64,000 nucleotides of DNA from Candidatus Multivoradales bacterium (GTDB lineage Bacteria; Acidobacteriota; Thermoanaerobaculia; Multivoradales; JAHEKO01): NCBI GenBank assembly GCA_965223855.1, contig CBDCXM010000009.1:1120001-1184000 (forward strand), read 5' to 3'. The position numbers and the translations under genes were made by a program. Below, piece by piece: positions 28,795-40,880 of the stretch. Numbering within the stretch: the stretch's first letter is position 1; every line of letters starts with the position of its first letter. The notes under the pieces were generated by a model. That model did no database searches. It was not told the DNA's origin and saw only the letters and a program-made list of their open reading frames with translations.

Positions 28795-30951
28795 ATGTCG
28801 AGAATGATGACCACCCTCGCGGCTGCGGCCGTGGTGACGGTCGCGGTGGGCTGCAGTCAGCCCGCCGAGGAGACCGCCGGAAGCGACGGCGCCGTGAGTG
28901 ACCAGAACATCCTGCTGGCCGAGTGGGAAGGTCCCTACGGCGGCGTGCCCGCCTTCGAGACGATGGACCTCGCGGCTCTCAAGCCCGCCCTCGAGAAGGG
29001 CATGGAGATGACGCTCGCGGAGATCGATGCGATCGCCGGAGACGCCAACCCGCCGACCTTCGAGAACACCATCCTCCCCATGGAGCGTTCCGGTCGCGAC
29101 CTCAACCGGGTCTTCACCTACTGGGGCATCTGGAGCGCCAACCGCTCGACCCCCGAGTTCCGCGAGATTCAGCAGGAGATGGCGCCGGTGCTCTCGGAGT
29201 TCCAGTCGAAGATCACCCAGAACGACGCTCTCTTCCAGCGCATCAAGGCGGTCTATGAGAGCGACGAGATGAAGGAGCTGCGTCCTGACGAGCAGCGACT
29301 GGTGTGGCTGACCTACGACGGCTTCGCCCGCAACGGCGCGACCCTCGAGGGCGAAGCGAAGGAGCGTTACGCGGCAATCAACCAGCGCCTCGCCGAGCTC
29401 CACACGAAGTTCGCCAACAACGTGCTGGCCGACGAAGAGGGCTACGTGACCTACATCACCGAGGATCAGCTCGGCGGCCTTCCCGAGTCGTTCGTCCAGG
29501 CGGCCGCCGCCGCGGCGACCGACCGCGAGCGCGAGGGTGAGTACGCGATCACCAACACCCGATCGTCGATGGACCCGTTCCTCACCTATTCGACCGAGCG
29601 TGAGCTCCGGGAGAAGGTGTGGAACACCTACTACTCGCGCGGCGACAACGGTGACGAGCACGACAACAACGCGCTCATCGCCGAGATCCTGCAACTGCGC
29701 GACGAGCGAGTGAAGCTGCTGGGCTACGACAACTACGCCGAGTGGCGGCTCGAGGACCGGATGGCGAAGAACCCCGCCAACGCCATGGAGCTGATGGAGA
29801 CCGTCTGGCCGGCGGCGATCGGCCGGGTGGCCGAAGAGGTCGCCGACATGCAGGCGGTCGCCGACGAGGAGGGCGCGGATATCACCATCGAGCCGTGGGA
29901 CTACCGCTTCTACGCCGAGAAGGTGCGTCAGGCGAAGTACGACCTCGACTCCGACGAGGTGAAGCAGTACCTGCAGCTCGAGAAGCTGGTCGAGGCGATG
30001 TTCTTCGTCGCCGGCGAGCTCTTCGACTTCGAGTTCACCCCGCTCGCCGAAGGCACGGTGCCGGTGTTCCACGAGGATGTCGGCGTCTGGGAGGTGACGA
30101 AGAAGTCCTCCGGCGATCACGTCGGTCTCTGGTACCTCGATCCCTACGCCCGTCCCGGCAAGCGTTCCGGAGCCTGGGCGACCACCTACCGGAGTCACGA
30201 GACGTTCGACGGCAAGCTGAACGTGTTGGCGTCGAACAACTCCAATTTCATCAAGGGGCCGGAAGGCGAAGCGGTGCTGATCTCCTGGGACGATGCGACG
30301 ACGCTCTTCCACGAGTTCGGCCACGCGCTGCACTTCCTGTCGTCGAACGTCGCCTACCCGACGCTCAACGGCGGCGTGCGCGACTACACCGAGTTCCAGT
30401 CGCAGCTCCTCGAGCGGTGGCTTCTGACCGACGAGGTGATCGACAACTACCTCGTTCACCACGAGACCGGTGAGCCGATCCCGGCGGAGCTGGTCGCCAA
30501 GATCAAGAACGCCGCGACCTTCAACCAGGGATTCTCGACCACCGAGTATCTGGCGTCGGCGCTCGTCGACATGAAGCTGCACACCACCGACCCGACAGGC
30601 CTGGATGCCGATGCGTTCGAGCGCGAGACGCTCGCCGCCCTCGACATGCCGGACGAGATCGTCATGCGTCACCGCACCCCTCACTTCGGCCACATCTTCT
30701 CGGGTGAGGGTTACTCGGCCGGCTACTACGGCTACATGTGGGCCGACGTCCTGACGGCTGATGCCGCCGAGGCGTTCGAGGAGGCGCCGGGCGGCTACTA
30801 CGACAAGGAGCTGGCGAAGAAGCTCGTCGACCATCTCTTCGCCGTGCGCAACGCCGTCGATCCCGCCGAGGCCTACCGCGCCTTCCGCGGTCGGGATGCC
30901 GAGATGGAAGCGCTGATGCGCGACCGCGGCTTCCCGGTTCCCGGCGAGTAG
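28795..30951 (+). CDS. M3A metallopeptidase (peptidyl-dipeptidase Dcp-like), lipoprotein
   Basis: AVGC lipobox, PTFENTI, PWD..FY, KRSGAW, FHEFGHALH, GYSAGYY.YMWA. Confidence 0.95.
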   Translation: MSRMMTTLAAAAVVTVAVGCSQPAEETAGSDGAVSDQNILLAEWEGPYGGVPAFETMDLAALKPALEKGMEMTLAEIDAIAGDANPPTFENTILPMERSGRDLNRVFTYWGIWSANRSTPEFREIQQEMAPVLSEFQSKITQNDALFQRIKAVYESDEMKELRPDEQRLVWLTYDGFARNGATLEGEAKERYAAINQRLAELHTKFANNVLADEEGYVTYITEDQLGGLPESFVQAAAAAATDREREGEYAITNTRSSMDPFLTYSTERELREKVWNTYYSRGDNGDEHDNNALIAEILQLRDERVKLLGYDNYAEWRLEDRMAKNPANAMELMETVWPAAIGRVAEEVADMQAVADEEGADITIEPWDYRFYAEKVRQAKYDLDSDEVKQYLQLEKLVEAMFFVAGELFDFEFTPLAEGTVPVFHEDVGVWEVTKKSSGDHVGLWYLDPYARPGKRSGAWATTYRSHETFDGKLNVLASNNSNFIKGPEGEAVLISWDDATTLFHEFGHALHFLSSNVAYPTLNGGVRDYTEFQSQLLERWLLTDEVIDNYLVHHETGEPIPAELVAKIKNAATFNQGFSTTEYLASALVDMKLHTTDPTGLDADAFERETLAALDMPDEIVMRHRTPHFGHIFSGEGYSAGYYGYMWADVLTADAAEAFEEAPGGYYDKELAKKLVDHLFAVRNAVDPAEAYRAFRGRDAEMEALMRDRGFPVPGE

Positions 30952-30974
30952 CAGCTACCAACCGCAGGAACAAC

Positions 30975-31013
30975 GATGGCGGATCGGCTTCGGTCGATCC
31001 GCCATCTTCGTCT
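30975..31013 (+). terminator. Rho-independent terminator
   Basis: GATGGCGGATCGGC-TTCG-GTCGATCCGCCATC, a 14-bp stem with C(UUCG)G loop, followed by TTCGTCT. Confidence 0.75.
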
Positions 31014-31060
31014 CTGCCGATCGGCAACCGATCGGACGCATCCATCGAAGGAAGGACCAC

Positions 31061-31482
31061 ATGGACAGACAGACCCTGATCGACCACCTCAACGAAGACC
31101 TCGCCGGGGAACTCTCGGCGATCATCCAGTACGTCACCTATGCCGCGAAGGCGACCGGTCCCTACCGGCCGCAGCTCGTCGACTTCTTCCTCCAGGAGGT
31201 CGCAGACGAGCAGCTCCACGCTCAGTTCCTGGCGAACAAGATCGTCGCCCTCGGCGGTGAGCCGACGACGGTCCCCCGTCCGGTCGCCGAGGCCTCCGAC
31301 AACCGCGAGATGCTCGAGGCGGTGCTGACCGCCGAGACGCAGGCGGAGAAGGACTACACCCGGCGCGCCGTCGAGGCCGACGAGTTCGGCGACAAGGGGC
31401 TCGCCGTGGCGCTCGAGGACATGGTGCGCGACGAGGGTGGCCATCGCGAGGAGACCGAGCGCATCCTGCGCGACTGGCCGTT

Positions 31483-31486
<4 letters not shown>
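31061..31486 (+). CDS. Ferritin-like (bacterioferritin-related) di-iron protein
   Basis: E..AIIQY, DEQLH, E..A...Y, DEGGH di-iron ligands; no Met at the Bfr heme-ligand position. Confidence 0.85.
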
Positions 31487-32948
<1,462 letters not shown>

Positions 32949-32952
<4 letters not shown>

Positions 32953-34604
32953 GAGCGTTCCTCGAGCGACTCGAGCGGGCGCAACCGTCGTCGCGATCCG
33001 GGCGGCGCTGGCTCTACGTCCCTTACGACCAGCTCAGCGACGCGATCGGCCCGCTGTCGCGCGAGCCGTCCGATTCGATCGGCATCGTCCTCGTCGAGTG
33101 CGCCGGCAAGGCGGCGCGGCGGCCCTATCACCGCCAGAAGCTGGCACTGGTGCTCGCCAACCAGCGCCACTTCGCGCTCGAGCAGGCGGCGCGCGGAGTG
33201 GCGGTGGACTATCGCTTCGCCCGGGACTCCTATCTCGAGGCGCTCGAGCCGGCCGTCTCGGAGCACGGCGGGCTCGAGATGATGGCGGCCGCCGAGCGGG
33301 AACTCTCGCGGGAGCTCGAACCGCTGTTCGGCGACGGGATCGAGGTGACGCCCCACGAGGGATGGCTGACGACCGCCGAACAGTTCGCGGCCGCGGGGCC
33401 GGCGCCGTGGCGGATGGACCGCTTCTACCGGAAGGTTCGCCAGGACACGGGGCTGCTGATGATCGACGGACGCCCGGAAGGAGGCAAGTACAGCCACGAC
33501 GCCGACAACCGGAAGCCGTGGCGGGGGGAGCCTCCGGTGCCCCGCCCGCCGAGGTTCCGTCCGGACGACGTCACGCTCGAGGTGGGCGAGCTCGTCCGCT
33601 CGCGCTTCGACCGCCACCCGGGCCGCCTCGACCTGGAGGCGCTGCCGGCGACCGCCGGGGACGCCGAGGCCTGCTGGACATGGGCGCTCGAGGAGTGTCT
33701 CGAGCACTTCGGTCCCTACGAGGACGCGATGTCCGCTCGTTCGCGCAGTCTCTTCCACACGAGGATCTCGCCGCTGCTGAACCTCCATCGTCTGCTCCCG
33801 AGTCGGGTCGTGGCCGACGTGGCGGCGTCCGCGGTGCCGCTGTCGAGTCGCGAGGGTTTCGTGCGTCAGGTCCTCGGCTGGCGGGAGTTCGTGCGGCACG
33901 TCCATCGCGAGACGGACGGCTTCCGGGAGCTTCCCGGTGGAGGCTTCGTTCCAGAGGGAGGGCACTCCGGCGACGGAGGGTGGAGCGGATGGACCGGGGA
34001 GAGCTGGGCCGAGACTTCCTCGCCGGCAGCTTCGGGCGACGGCGGGGCGAGGCCTTCGGTCCTCGGGGCCGACCGCCCTCTACCGCCGGCGTTCTGGGGC
34101 GAGCCGTCAGGCCTCGCTTGTCTCGACCGGGTGGTCGACGAGGTGTGGTCCCAGGGTTACACCCACCACATCCCGCGCCTGATGGTGCTGTCGAACCTCG
34201 CCGCCCTGCTCGACGTCGACCCGCGCGAGCTCACCGACTGGTTCTGGGTCGCCTTCGTCGACGCCTACGACTGGGTGGTCGAACCCAACGTCCTCGGTAT
34301 GGGGACCCACGCGGCCGGCGACGTCATGACGACGAAGCCCTACGTCTCGGGCGCCAACTACATTCATCGGATGAGCGACTACTGCGCCGAGTGCCGGTTC
34401 GACCCGAAGTCGAACTGCCCGGTGACGCCGCTCTACTGGGCCTACCTCGCCCGGCATCGCGAGCGCCTTGCGGGCAACCGAAGGATGTCGCTCGTCTACG
34501 GTTCGCTGTGGAAGCGCTCGGAGGAGCGAAGGCAGGAGGACGCCGCCGTCTTCGCGCGCACGTCCCGGGCGCTCGAACGCGGAGAGCGACTGGAGCCGCG
34601 ATGA
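32949..34604 (+). CDS. FeS-BCP (CryB/PhrB-type) cryptochrome/(6-4) photolyase
   Basis: YHRQKL, RMDRFYR, PEGGKYSHDADNRK, FGPYEDAM, EGFVRQVLGWREF, HHIPRLM, DAYDWV, KPYVSGANYI.RMSDYC..C...CP; 4 Cys. Confidence 0.93.
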
Positions 34605-36109
34605 GCGAGCGCAAACCGATCTTCCTCACCGGAGCGACCGGCTACATCGGGGGTCGTCTCGTGCCGCGGCTGCTCGACCGTGGTTGGAGGGTGCGCTGCC
34701 TGACGAGGAGCGCCGGCAAGCTCGCCAGCCGGGCGTGGTCGGAGCGCGAAGGTGTCGAGACGGTCGAGGGGGACGTGGCCGATCCGTCGCTCGCCGACCG
34801 AATGCGTGGCTGCGGCACCGCCTACTACCTCGTTCACTCGATGCTCGCCGCCGGGTCCGGGTACGCCGAGAGGGATCGCGAGCTGGCTCGCAACTTCGCT
34901 CGCGCAGCCGCCGAAGCGGGTTGCGAGCGCATCGTCTACCTCGGAGGCCTCGGAGAGACCGGAGAGGGGTTGAGCCGGCACCTGAGCTCGCGGCGCGAAG
35001 TGGAGGACGCTCTGGCCGAGGGCCCCGTGCCGGTGACGACGCTTCGCGCGGCGATGATCATCGGCTCGGGCTCCGCGTCGTTCGAGATTCTGCGCTACCT
35101 CGTCGAGCGGCTGCCGATCATGGTGACGCCCCGCTGGGTGCGCACACCGTCCCAGCCGATCGCGGTGAGCAATGTTCTCGAGTATCTGGAGAGGGTGCTC
35201 GAGGTGCCGGAGACGATCGGCGACACCCTCGACATCGGCGGGCCGGAGGTGCTGTCCTATCGGCAGATTCTGGAGCGGATGGCCGAGTGCCGAGGGCTGC
35301 CGCGCAGGTGGATCGTGCCGGTGCCGGTCCTCACGCCGCGACTGTCGTCGCTGTGGATTCACCTGGTGACCCCGCTGAGTCGCGACATCGCCCGCCCGCT
35401 GGCCGAAGGTCTGCGCAACCCGGTCGTCTGCCGGGATCACCGGGCCGTCGAGCTGATACCGCAGAAGCTGCTGACGGTGAGCGAGGCGATCCGGGCGGCG
35501 CTCGGACACCTCGACGACGACCGGGTCGAGACCGCGTGGAGCGACGCCGGGGTCGTGCCGGGAGATCCCGACTGGGCCGGTGGCACCACCTTCCGCGATC
35601 CGAGAGCGACCGCCATCGCGGCACCGCCCGCTGAGGTGTTTCGCGCTATCCGCAGGATCGGCGGAGGCAACGGGTGGTACGCCGCCGACATCCTGTGGCG
35701 GATCCGTGGCTGGATGGATCGTCTGGTGGGAGGACCGGGGCTGCGTCGCGGACGGCGACAGCGGGAGCGTCTCGGCTACGGTGACGCGCTCGACTTCTGG
35801 CGTGTCACCGGGATCGAGGAGGATCGCTATCTACGCCTGCGGGCGGAGATGAAGGTGCCCGGAGAGGCGGTCCTCGAGTTCGAGATCGAGCCCCGGCGGG
35901 GCGGCAGCCGCCTGCTGCAGACGGCGCTCTTCAAGCCGCGCGGCCTCTTCGGCATGCTCTACTGGTATGCGGTGGTTCCGCTGCACGGCTTCGTGTTCCG
36001 CGGCATGCTCGAAGGGATCCGCCTCGAGGCGGAGCGGCTCTCTGCTGCGGAGCAGGCCGAGGAGCAAGCAGAGGAGAAGGCGGCGGGGGAAGGAGAAGCG
36101 CCCGCATGA
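34601..36109 (+). CDS. NAD(P)-binding SDR/epimerase fused to DUF2867 (YbjT-like)
   Basis: TGATGYIGGRL, YYLVHSM, HLSSRREV, IIGSGSASFE, GDALDFWRV, LRAEMKVPG.A.LEF, F.PRGLFG..YWY. Confidence 0.92.
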   Translation: MSERKPIFLTGATGYIGGRLVPRLLDRGWRVRCLTRSAGKLASRAWSEREGVETVEGDVADPSLADRMRGCGTAYYLVHSMLAAGSGYAERDRELARNFARAAAEAGCERIVYLGGLGETGEGLSRHLSSRREVEDALAEGPVPVTTLRAAMIIGSGSASFEILRYLVERLPIMVTPRWVRTPSQPIAVSNVLEYLERVLEVPETIGDTLDIGGPEVLSYRQILERMAECRGLPRRWIVPVPVLTPRLSSLWIHLVTPLSRDIARPLAEGLRNPVVCRDHRAVELIPQKLLTVSEAIRAALGHLDDDRVETAWSDAGVVPGDPDWAGGTTFRDPRATAIAAPPAEVFRAIRRIGGGNGWYAADILWRIRGWMDRLVGGPGLRRGRRQRERLGYGDALDFWRVTGIEEDRYLRLRAEMKVPGEAVLEFEIEPRRGGSRLLQTALFKPRGLFGMLYWYAVVPLHGFVFRGMLEGIRLEAERLSAAEQAEEQAEEKAAGEGEAPA

Positions 36110-37473
36110 CACTGACGACGATCAATCCGGCGACCGGCGAGGCGATCCGCAGCTACGAGCAGCACTCCGCCGACGAGATCGAGTCGATCCTCGAGCGAGC
36201 GAACCGCTCCTTCGAGGGCTGGCGACGGAGCTCGTTCGAAGATCGCGCGGCCCTGTTGCGTGAGGTGGCGTCGCTCCTGCGCTCACGCCTGCGCCCCTAC
36301 GCCGAACTGATGGCGATCGAGATGGGCAAGCCGCTCGCACAGGGAGAGGCGGAGGCGGAGAAGTGCGCGTGGGTGTGTGAATACTACGCCGATCGTGCGG
36401 CCGACTTCCTTGCCGACGAGCCGGTCGAAACCGACGCCGGCGAGAGCTTCGTCGCCTGCCGCCCGCTGGGCGCCGTGCTGGCGGTGATGCCGTGGAACTT
36501 CCCTTTCTGGCAGGTGCTCCGCTTCGCCGCCCCGTCGCTCGCGGCCGGCAACACGGCGGTGCTCAAGCACGCCTCGAACGTCACCGGTTGTGCGCTGGCG
36601 ATCGAGACGCTGTTTCGCGACGCCGGCGCCCCGGCCGGTCTCTTCCAGACGCTGGTCGTCGATCGCGAGCGGGTCGGAGACGTCATCGACGACTCGCGTG
36701 TCCGCGCGGTCACCCTGACCGGGTCGGTCGGCGCCGGACGCGCGGTCGCCGCTCGCGCCGGCCGCGCGCTCAAGAAGACGGTGCTGGAGCTCGGCGGGAG
36801 CGACCCCTACCTGATTCTCGCGGATGCCGACCTCGAGAGCGCGGTCGAAGCGTGCGTCACCAGCCGGATGATCAACAGCGGGCAGAGCTGCATCGCCGCC
36901 AAGCGTTTCGTCGTCGTCGAGTCGATCGCCGAAGACTTCGAGCAGCGGCTCGTCGCCGCCATGGAACAGCAGCGGATGGGCGACCCGTTCGAGCGCGGGA
37001 TCGACCTCGGCCCGCAGGCGCGAGCCGATCTGCGCGACGAGCTCCACGACCAGGTGACCGCGAGCATCGATGCCGGCGCCCGCTGCCTCCTGGGAGGCGA
37101 AGTGCCGGAGCAGCCGGGGGCGTGGTATCCGCCGACGGTGCTCACCGACGTCGTGGCGGGCATGCCGGCGAGCGACGAGGAGCTGTTCGGCCCGGTGGCC
37201 GCGATCCTCGAGGTGGAAAGCGAGGAGGAGGCGATCGAGGTCGCCAACGCCAGCAGTTTCGGCCTCGGCGCGGCGGTCTTCTCGCGCGACGAGAAGCGCG
37301 CGCGCACGATCGCCAGGGAGCGCCTCGAGGCGGGGAGCTGCTTCGTCAACGACTTCGTGCGCTCCGATCCGCGGCTGCCCTTCGGCGGGATCAGGGACTC
37401 CGGCTACGGCCGCGAGCTGGGATCGCTCGGCATTCGCGAGTTCGTGAACGCCAAGACGGTCTGGGTGAGCTGA
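36106..37473 (+). CDS. NAD(P)-dependent succinate-semialdehyde dehydrogenase (Sad/GabD1 type)
   Basis: INPATGE, MPWNFPFWQ, KHASNV, TGS, ELGGSDP, GQSCIAAKR, EELFGP, PFGG...SGYGREL. Confidence 0.9.
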   Translation: MTLTTINPATGEAIRSYEQHSADEIESILERANRSFEGWRRSSFEDRAALLREVASLLRSRLRPYAELMAIEMGKPLAQGEAEAEKCAWVCEYYADRAADFLADEPVETDAGESFVACRPLGAVLAVMPWNFPFWQVLRFAAPSLAAGNTAVLKHASNVTGCALAIETLFRDAGAPAGLFQTLVVDRERVGDVIDDSRVRAVTLTGSVGAGRAVAARAGRALKKTVLELGGSDPYLILADADLESAVEACVTSRMINSGQSCIAAKRFVVVESIAEDFEQRLVAAMEQQRMGDPFERGIDLGPQARADLRDELHDQVTASIDAGARCLLGGEVPEQPGAWYPPTVLTDVVAGMPASDEELFGPVAAILEVESEEEAIEVANASSFGLGAAVFSRDEKRARTIARERLEAGSCFVNDFVRSDPRLPFGGIRDSGYGRELGSLGIREFVNAKTVWVS

Positions 37474-37492
37474 CGAGCCGGCGCCGTAGGCC

Positions 37493-38101
37493 TCACGGGC
37501 CGCGGTCCGACTCCGCCGGTCTCCGCACGTCGGCTTCGGTGACGATGGCCGTCATCCGCAGGTCGTGGTCCTCGGCCGGCAGGCGATCGATCAGCTGCGC
37601 TTCGAATGCGAGCCCGATCGCGACGATCCCGGTGGCGGCGAGGAAGCGATCGAAGTAGCCGCCGCCGTGGCCGAGGCGGAAGCCGCGGGAGTCGAAGCCG
37701 AGGCCGACGAGGAGAGCCAGATCGATCCGGGCCGGATCGATCTCCGGCGCCGCGGCGGTCGGCTGCTCGAGACCGAACGGGAGGGTTTCGAGCGGCGAGT
37801 CCCAGGGGTGGAGCGTCAGGAGCGAAGAGCCGGCCGCGATCCTCGGCAGCACGAGTCGTTTGCCCGCTGTCAGCAGGCCTTCGTTGAGGGGCGCCGTGTC
37901 CGGCTCGATGCCGAACGACCTGCAGACGAGGAGCGCTCGTGCCTGTCGGACTTCGGGGAGGGCGAGTGCCCTCTCGGCGAGCGCTCGCGAGTTCGCTTCG
38001 CGATTCCCGATCTCCGCGAGACGCTCGCGCATCGCGTTCCTGAGGGCGCGCTTGGCTCGCGAGCGGTCTTCGCCCCGCCCGTGGTTTTCCCGAACGCTCA
38101 C
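37493..38101 (-). CDS. 5-formyltetrahydrofolate cyclo-ligase
   Basis: K..LR..M, E.DT, GK.LVLPR, FG..QP, GFD..G.RLGHGGGYFDRFL, E.HD..M..IVTE. Confidence 0.92.
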   Translation of the reverse strand: MSVRENHGRGEDRSRAKRALRNAMRERLAEIGNREANSRALAERALALPEVRQARALLVCRSFGIEPDTAPLNEGLLTAGKRLVLPRIAAGSSLLTLHPWDSPLETLPFGLEQPTAAAPEIDPARIDLALLVGLGFDSRGFRLGHGGGYFDRFLAATGIVAIGLAFEAQLIDRLPAEDHDLRMTAIVTEADVRRPAESDRGP

Positions 38102-38529
38102 GGCGAACGAAGAGTCAGGGAGACCAGCCACAGAAACCGCAGCGACCAGGCAGCCGTGCGGATCCAGTTGGTCGCCACGAGGCGCCGATGCGCGGCCTCG
38201 TCGAAGCCGGTCTCGAGACGTCGGTGAAGAGGAATCTGGAGGAAGGCGGTCGAAGCCCAGGCGAGAACGACGAGGGCGAAGGCGACTGCCGTCTCGAGCG
38301 GGGTCACCTCCGGTGGTGGTAGGACCAGCCAGATCGCCGCCAGGACGAGCTCCGCGATCATCATCGGCGCCACCACCGGAGTGATGCGCAGGGAGTGCGA
38401 TCGGTGAAAGTGCCGGAACTCCTCCGGCGCCACACGGTCGAACAGCGGGTAGTGCACACACTGGACCACCCAGATCAGCCCGGTGAGGTAGGCGGTGACG
38501 GCGAGCTGCAGCGCGAGAAAGAGGGGCAT
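38098..38529 (-). CDS. Hypothetical 4-TM membrane protein
   Basis: GLIWVVQ.VHYPLF, H..RI...V.P.M..E, Q.P.H..L, LV.TNWIRT..W. Confidence 0.8.
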   Translation of the reverse strand: MPLFLALQLAVTAYLTGLIWVVQCVHYPLFDRVAPEEFRHFHRSHSLRITPVVAPMMIAELVLAAIWLVLPPPEVTPLETAVAFALVVLAWASTAFLQIPLHRRLETGFDEAAHRRLVATNWIRTAAWSLRFLWLVSLTLRSP

Positions 38530-38538
38530 CGGGATGGG

Positions 38539-38567
38539 TTGACAGAGCCTCCATGGCACCCTATCAT
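38539..38567 (+). promoter_or_regulatory. sigma70 promoter TTGACA-N17-TATCAT
   Basis: TTGACA at 38539-44 and TATCAT at 38562-67; near-consensus in a GC-rich background. Confidence 0.8.
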
Positions 38568-38585
38568 TTTTGAGCGCCCAAAATA
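38566..38585. promoter_or_regulatory. Palindromic operator TTTTG-AGCGCC-CAAAA over the predicted +1
   Basis: One mismatch from the perfect palindrome TTTTGGGCGCCCAAAA; immediately 3' of the -10 box. Confidence 0.6.
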
Positions 38586-38630
38586 ACTCTAGCGAGGGTG
38601 CGAAACCCCCCTGGAACGAGGCTCGAAGAG

Positions 38631-40880
38631 ATGAGGAAACTGACCGGCAGGTTCGCATGGCTCGCTGCGCTGGCGACGGCCGCAGCCGCCTCCGGTGAAG
38701 AGTGCCGGTTGGCGGGGAGGGTCGTCGATCCGGCCGGTAGGCCGGTGGCGGCGACGGTGACCGTGGTCGGCGGCGGGGCGAGCCGGACGACCGACGCCGA
38801 AGGCCGCTTCTGCTTCGACGCTCTCGAGACCGGTCGCCACGAGCTGGTGGTCGTCGCTCCGGGCTTCTCGATCGGCGGTGGGAGCGTCGAGCTCGGCGAC
38901 GCCGACCGGGAGATCGAGATCCCGCTCGCACCGGCGTTCGGCGAGGAGGTCGTCGTCACCACCACGGGGACCGAGCGGCGGCTCGCGGACTCTCCGATTC
39001 ACGTTCAGACGTTCGGCAGGCGGCAGCTCGAGGACGTCGCCGCCCGCACCCTGGCCGATGCGGTGGAGTGGACACCGGGCCTGCGGGTCGAGAGCAACTG
39101 CCAGAACTGCAGTACCACTCAGGTGCGGATGCTGGGGCTCGACGGTGCCTACACTCAGCTCCTCGTCGACGGACAGCCGACGGTCTCGTCGCTGGCACTG
39201 GTCTACGGCGTCGAGCAGCTCCCCGCGCGGCTGATCGACTCGATCGAGGTGGTCAAGGGGGGAGCGTCGGCGCTCTACGGCGGCGGAGCGATCGCCGGGG
39301 TCATCAATCTGATTCCGCATGACGCCTCGTCGAACGGCGTGGTCGTCGAGACGAGAGCTTCCCAGATGGGCGGTGTGCCCGGCTCTTCTCTGAACGCCGG
39401 AGTGGACTGGGTCGGGAGCGCCGGTCGCACCTCCTGGACCCTCTACGGTCAGCGCGACCGGGTCGGAGCCGCCGATCTCGACGGCGACCAGTTCACCGAG
39501 GTGACGCGCCGTCGCTTCGAGGCGCTCGGGCTTCGAGGGGCGCGCTACCTCTTCGCCGACCGGGCACGGCTGTCGATCGATCTGAGCGCGACCGCGGAAG
39601 ACCGGCGCGGCGGCGATCTGGCTGCCATCGACCTGCCGCCGGAGGCGTCGCGCGTGGCCGAGGAGATCGTGAGCGAACGCTCCGGCGGCTCGATCGCCTG
39701 GCTCCACTCGGCCCGTTCCGGTGCCTTCGACTACCGCCTTGCGGCGTCGTACTCGCGAACCGAGCGAGACAGCTACTACGGCAGCGATTTCGACCCCGAC
39801 GCCTACGGCTCGACCGACAATCCGCTGTGGGTGTTCGACGCCCGGATCCATCACTACCGCGACCGCGGGACCTTCACCTGGGGGCTCCAGCGCTCCGAGG
39901 AGCGGATCGACGACCGGCAGCCCGGCTACGACCGCTTCCTGGCCGAGCGATATCGCAGCACCGGCCTCTTCGGGCAGCACGACGTGCGCCTCGGACGCCG
40001 GGTGACGGCGCTCTACGGCGCCCGGATCGACGAGCATTCGGGTCTCGACGAGCCGATCGTTTCGCCGCGCGGGGCGCTCCTGTGGGCACCGCGCGACAAC
40101 GTGGCGGTGCGGGCGGCGGTGGCGCGCGGCTTCCGGCCGCCGATCTCCTTCGACGAGGATCTGCACATCGCTCTCGTCGGCGGGGGTGAGACCCGGGTGG
40201 TGCGCAACGCCTCCGATCTCGAGCCGGAGACCTCGCTCAACCGCTCACTCAGCTTCGAGTGGCGTCCGGAGGTGGGTCGCAGCGGCTCGGCACTCCTGGA
40301 GGCGCAGCTCTTCCGTACGACGATCGACGGGCTGTTCCACTCCGTCGAGACCGACGACCCGGCGACGGCGCAGATCGAGCTCACCAAGATCAACCAGGGG
40401 GCGGCGACAGTCGAGGGGATCGAGGTGAGCGGGGCCTTTCGCTGGCGCTCGGCATGGTCCGTGGAGGCCGGCTTCGTGCGGCAGCAGGCGCGCTTCGGCG
40501 ATCCGGAACCCGACTTCGGCAGCCGCGACTTCTTCCGCACGCCGGAGCGCTACGGCAACGCCCTCGTCTCCTGGACGCCGGGCCCGGCCGACGTCTTCCT
40601 CGGCCTGCGCTACACCGGGTCGATGAAGGCGCCCCACTACGCAGGCTTCATCGACACCGACAGGCTGGAGACGACGCCGTCCTTCCTGACCGCCGACCTC
40701 AACGTCGCCCGGACGATCCCTCTCGGCGACGCGGCCTCTGTGCGACTGTCGATCGGAGCCCGCAACCTCACGGACGCCTACCAGCGCGACCTCGACCGCG
40801 GGCCCCTGCGCGACCCGAGCTACGTCTACGGCCCGCGCTTTCCGCGGTCGCTGTGGGTGGGCCTCAGGTTCCAGCGGTGA
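38631..40880 (+). CDS. TonB-dependent receptor with CxxC plug motif (probable metal uptake)
   Basis: EEVVVT, PGLRVESNCQNC..TQVRMLGLDG.YTQ.L.DG, IEVVKGG.SALYG, FDEDLH, N..D.YQ.D.D.G..RD..YVYGP. Confidence 0.9.
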   Translation: MRKLTGRFAWLAALATAAAASGEECRLAGRVVDPAGRPVAATVTVVGGGASRTTDAEGRFCFDALETGRHELVVVAPGFSIGGGSVELGDADREIEIPLAPAFGEEVVVTTTGTERRLADSPIHVQTFGRRQLEDVAARTLADAVEWTPGLRVESNCQNCSTTQVRMLGLDGAYTQLLVDGQPTVSSLALVYGVEQLPARLIDSIEVVKGGASALYGGGAIAGVINLIPHDASSNGVVVETRASQMGGVPGSSLNAGVDWVGSAGRTSWTLYGQRDRVGAADLDGDQFTEVTRRRFEALGLRGARYLFADRARLSIDLSATAEDRRGGDLAAIDLPPEASRVAEEIVSERSGGSIAWLHSARSGAFDYRLAASYSRTERDSYYGSDFDPDAYGSTDNPLWVFDARIHHYRDRGTFTWGLQRSEERIDDRQPGYDRFLAERYRSTGLFGQHDVRLGRRVTALYGARIDEHSGLDEPIVSPRGALLWAPRDNVAVRAAVARGFRPPISFDEDLHIALVGGGETRVVRNASDLEPETSLNRSLSFEWRPEVGRSGSALLEAQLFRTTIDGLFHSVETDDPATAQIELTKINQGAATVEGIEVSGAFRWRSAWSVEAGFVRQQARFGDPEPDFGSRDFFRTPERYGNALVSWTPGPADVFLGLRYTGSMKAPHYAGFIDTDRLETTPSFLTADLNVARTIPLGDAASVRLSIGARNLTDAYQRDLDRGPLRDPSYVYGPRFPRSLWVGLRFQR

